Shown one piece after another: positions 62,090 through 64,000 of a stretch of 64,000 bases of DNA (position 1 is its first letter; each line of letters opens with the position of its first letter). The notes under the pieces are model-generated. The model was not told where the DNA came from and did no database searches. It saw only the letters and a list, made by a program, of their open reading frames with translations. The position numbers and the translations under genes were made by a program. The stretch is from NCBI RefSeq assembly GCF_028641065.1, contig NC_073393.1, positions 38,688,001 to 38,752,000 on the forward strand, read 5' to 3'. Source of the DNA: Leucoraja erinacea (Eukaryota).

Positions 62090-62380
62090 TAGAGTCACTG
62101 CCTGACAACGCAAGAGACCGGGTTCGATCCTGACTACGGGTGCTGTCTCTACGGCGTTTGCACGTTCTCCCTGAGACTGTGCGGGTTTTCACCGAGTGCT
62201 CCAGTTTCCCCCTACATCCCAAGGACGTGGAGGTTTGTAAGTTAATTGACTTTGAGTGCATTGTCCCTAATGTGTGTGTAGGATAGAACTGGTGTTCGAG
62301 TGATCATTGGTCAGTGCAGACTCAGTGGGCCGAAGGGCCTGTTTCCACATTGTATCTATATACAAAACTAAACTAAACTT
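62090..62380 (+). mobile_element. Same SINE family, fused to a Penelope repeat
   Basis: B box gggttcgatcc and a (ctaaa)n tail. Further partial copies lie at about 1760-2000, 30500-30600, 54585-54700 and 57780-57950. Confidence 0.8.
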
Positions 62381-62717
62381 GACTTTGCAGATCAGTTAAA
62401 CACTTGTGATGATTTTCTTTATTTTTATTTAAAAGACTACAGTGCAACTCAGATTTCAGCTTGGAAAATCTGATTGTAATATTCAGATGTGTAGACTTGA
62501 TCTCAAATGCCGACTGAAGGAATACTGTGTTATAAATATCCAGAACTTGCTGAAAGCTGGTTCGGATATATTTATTTATGAGCTTGCTGTGCCTTCCACT
62601 AACCCTTGCTAAATAGTTTCCATTGTGTGTGTTTGTGTATAAAAATACCGCAGATTGGTCTGGCAAGCATGGAGTGAATGAAGAGTATGTATGCACTTGT
62701 TAGAATGAAATCAGATA

Positions 62718-63008
62718 CTGTGTGTGTTTGTGTGTATGTGTGTGTGTGTGTTGCGTCTGGCTGTGTGCGTCCATGCATTTTGTCTGTGTGTTTTTTTGTG
62801 TGTGTTGTGTGTGCACTGTGTGTGTGTGCACTCTGTGTTTATGTGCATGTGTGTGCACGCGTGTGCATGTGTTGTGTGTGCACATGTTGTATGTGCACAT
62901 GCTCCGAGTGCTCACATGCTATGCGGGCACATCTGTGCTTTGTGTGTGCACGTGTGATAATCGTGTGCATGTGTGGAGTATGCACATGTGGTATGGGGTG
63001 TGTGTATG
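62718..63008. repeat. Degenerate (TG)n low-complexity tract
   Basis: Directly visible. Other microsatellites: (TG)n at 3805, 3866, 46618 and 54490; (CA)n at 14939 and 40322; (CCCTCA)n at 7364; (GGT)n at 48261. Confidence 0.85.
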
Positions 63009-63507
63009 CGCTATACCCATTTGCCTATATTAAACCCATGTCCCTTTATGTCCAAGAACTTGACCAAATACCTTTTAAACATTGTAATTGTATTTTGCTC
63101 TGCTAACTCCTCTGGCAGCTCGTTCCAGATATTCCCCACCCTTTGTGTGGAAAACCAAACTCAGATTTCCCTTAAATTATTACCATCTCACCTTAAACCT
63201 GCACCCTTTAATTTTAGATTCTCCTGCCCTGGGAAAAAGATTGCCACTATCTCTCCTGAAGCTTCTCATTGAGTAATTGAGCTATACAACACAGAAACAT
63301 GCCCTTTGGCCCAGCTAGTCAAAGTTGCCTAACCGAACTATTCCCTTTCCTGTGCTAATTCCTTATCCCTCCAAATCTTTCCTATCCATGTGCTAGTCCA
63401 AGTGTCTTTTAAATGTCATTACAGTTCACAAAACCACCATCACTTCCCGTGGCAGCTCGTTCCAAATACAGAACACCCTCTGCGTAAAAAGGTTGTCCCT
63501 CAGATCA

Positions 63508-64000
63508 TCTCTATAACTAAAATTCTCATCTTGACCACTTCCTTTTTGTGCTGTATATTGCTTTTAGAAAAAACGCTACCCTCTATCGCTATGATTTTTG
63601 ATCATCTTGCTCATAGTCCCCTCCGCTAAGGCAGCCCTGAGGATTATCCGATTGATGAAAAGTAAAAAAGTTATGAGTGTTTAAAAAAATCTTGAGATAA
63701 GCTGATTGGTCCTCTCACCTGACAATCATCATGATGAAGGAAATGCGCCTTCAGGGGGGCGGGGTGGGCAGGCCTATAAACCCCCCGATGCCTGGACGTG
63801 AGTCAGTCACCGCGAGGGAGAGGCCACAACTCTGATTCTGCTGTGAGTCAACTGAACTGTGAGTCTACTGAACTGTGAGTCTGCAATGTACTTGCAATTA
63901 ATGATTTGTTAGCCCTTAATAAAAATGATATGGGTTGTTTGGCCTGCCCTGTGCTTGAAACTGAAATGACAATGGCAATGAAATGAAACTGAGATGAGTT
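63508..64000 (+). mobile_element. Helitron-like element 5' portion (runs off the window)
   Basis: A|TCTCTATAACTAAAATTCTCATCTTG start, interrupting a CR1 fragment. Motifs shared with the 14203 element (ctaaaa..ct.atcttg, aaaaacg.tac, aaagttat..gtttaaaaa..gattggtc). Confidence 0.6.

Noticed and set aside
62678-63106. Cys/Val-rich ORFs
   Set aside because: Translation of a degenerate (TG)n tract.
54400-64000. MVD exons expected from human synteny
   Set aside because: No recognisable MVD coding sequence; probably beyond the window.
1-64000. CRISPR arrays, operons or other prokaryotic systems
   Set aside because: The sequence is intron-containing vertebrate DNA with no regularly spaced repeat-spacer array.

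Overview
Vertebrate genomic DNA, most likely a cartilaginous fish such as a skate or ray. This is inferred from the HE1-like tRNA SINEs, CR1/HER1-like LINEs and Penelope-derived repeats. The window holds the conserved CTU2 - RNF166 - SNAI3 block: CTU2 exon 1 (minus), a 362-bp bidirectional CpG promoter, the complete 6-exon RNF166 CDS (3638-32664, 234 aa) and the complete 3-exon SNAI3 CDS (47496-51157, 298 aa). The rest is mostly transposon-derived. Three observations stand out. (1) A Helitron-like element in RNF166 intron 1 carries an unspliced copy of ALG13 exon 1. (2) A 738-bp foldback MITE with 360-bp arms sits in the probable long RNF166 3' UTR; 7 of its 8 arm mismatches are G-U wobbles in the sense RNA, and it lies between proximal and distal poly(A) signals. 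(3) About 20 dispersed Penelope terminal-repeat copies carry a minimal hammerhead-ribozyme motif, several of them in fold-back pairs. All calls were made by eye, repeat boundaries are approximate, and comparisons to human proteins are from memory.
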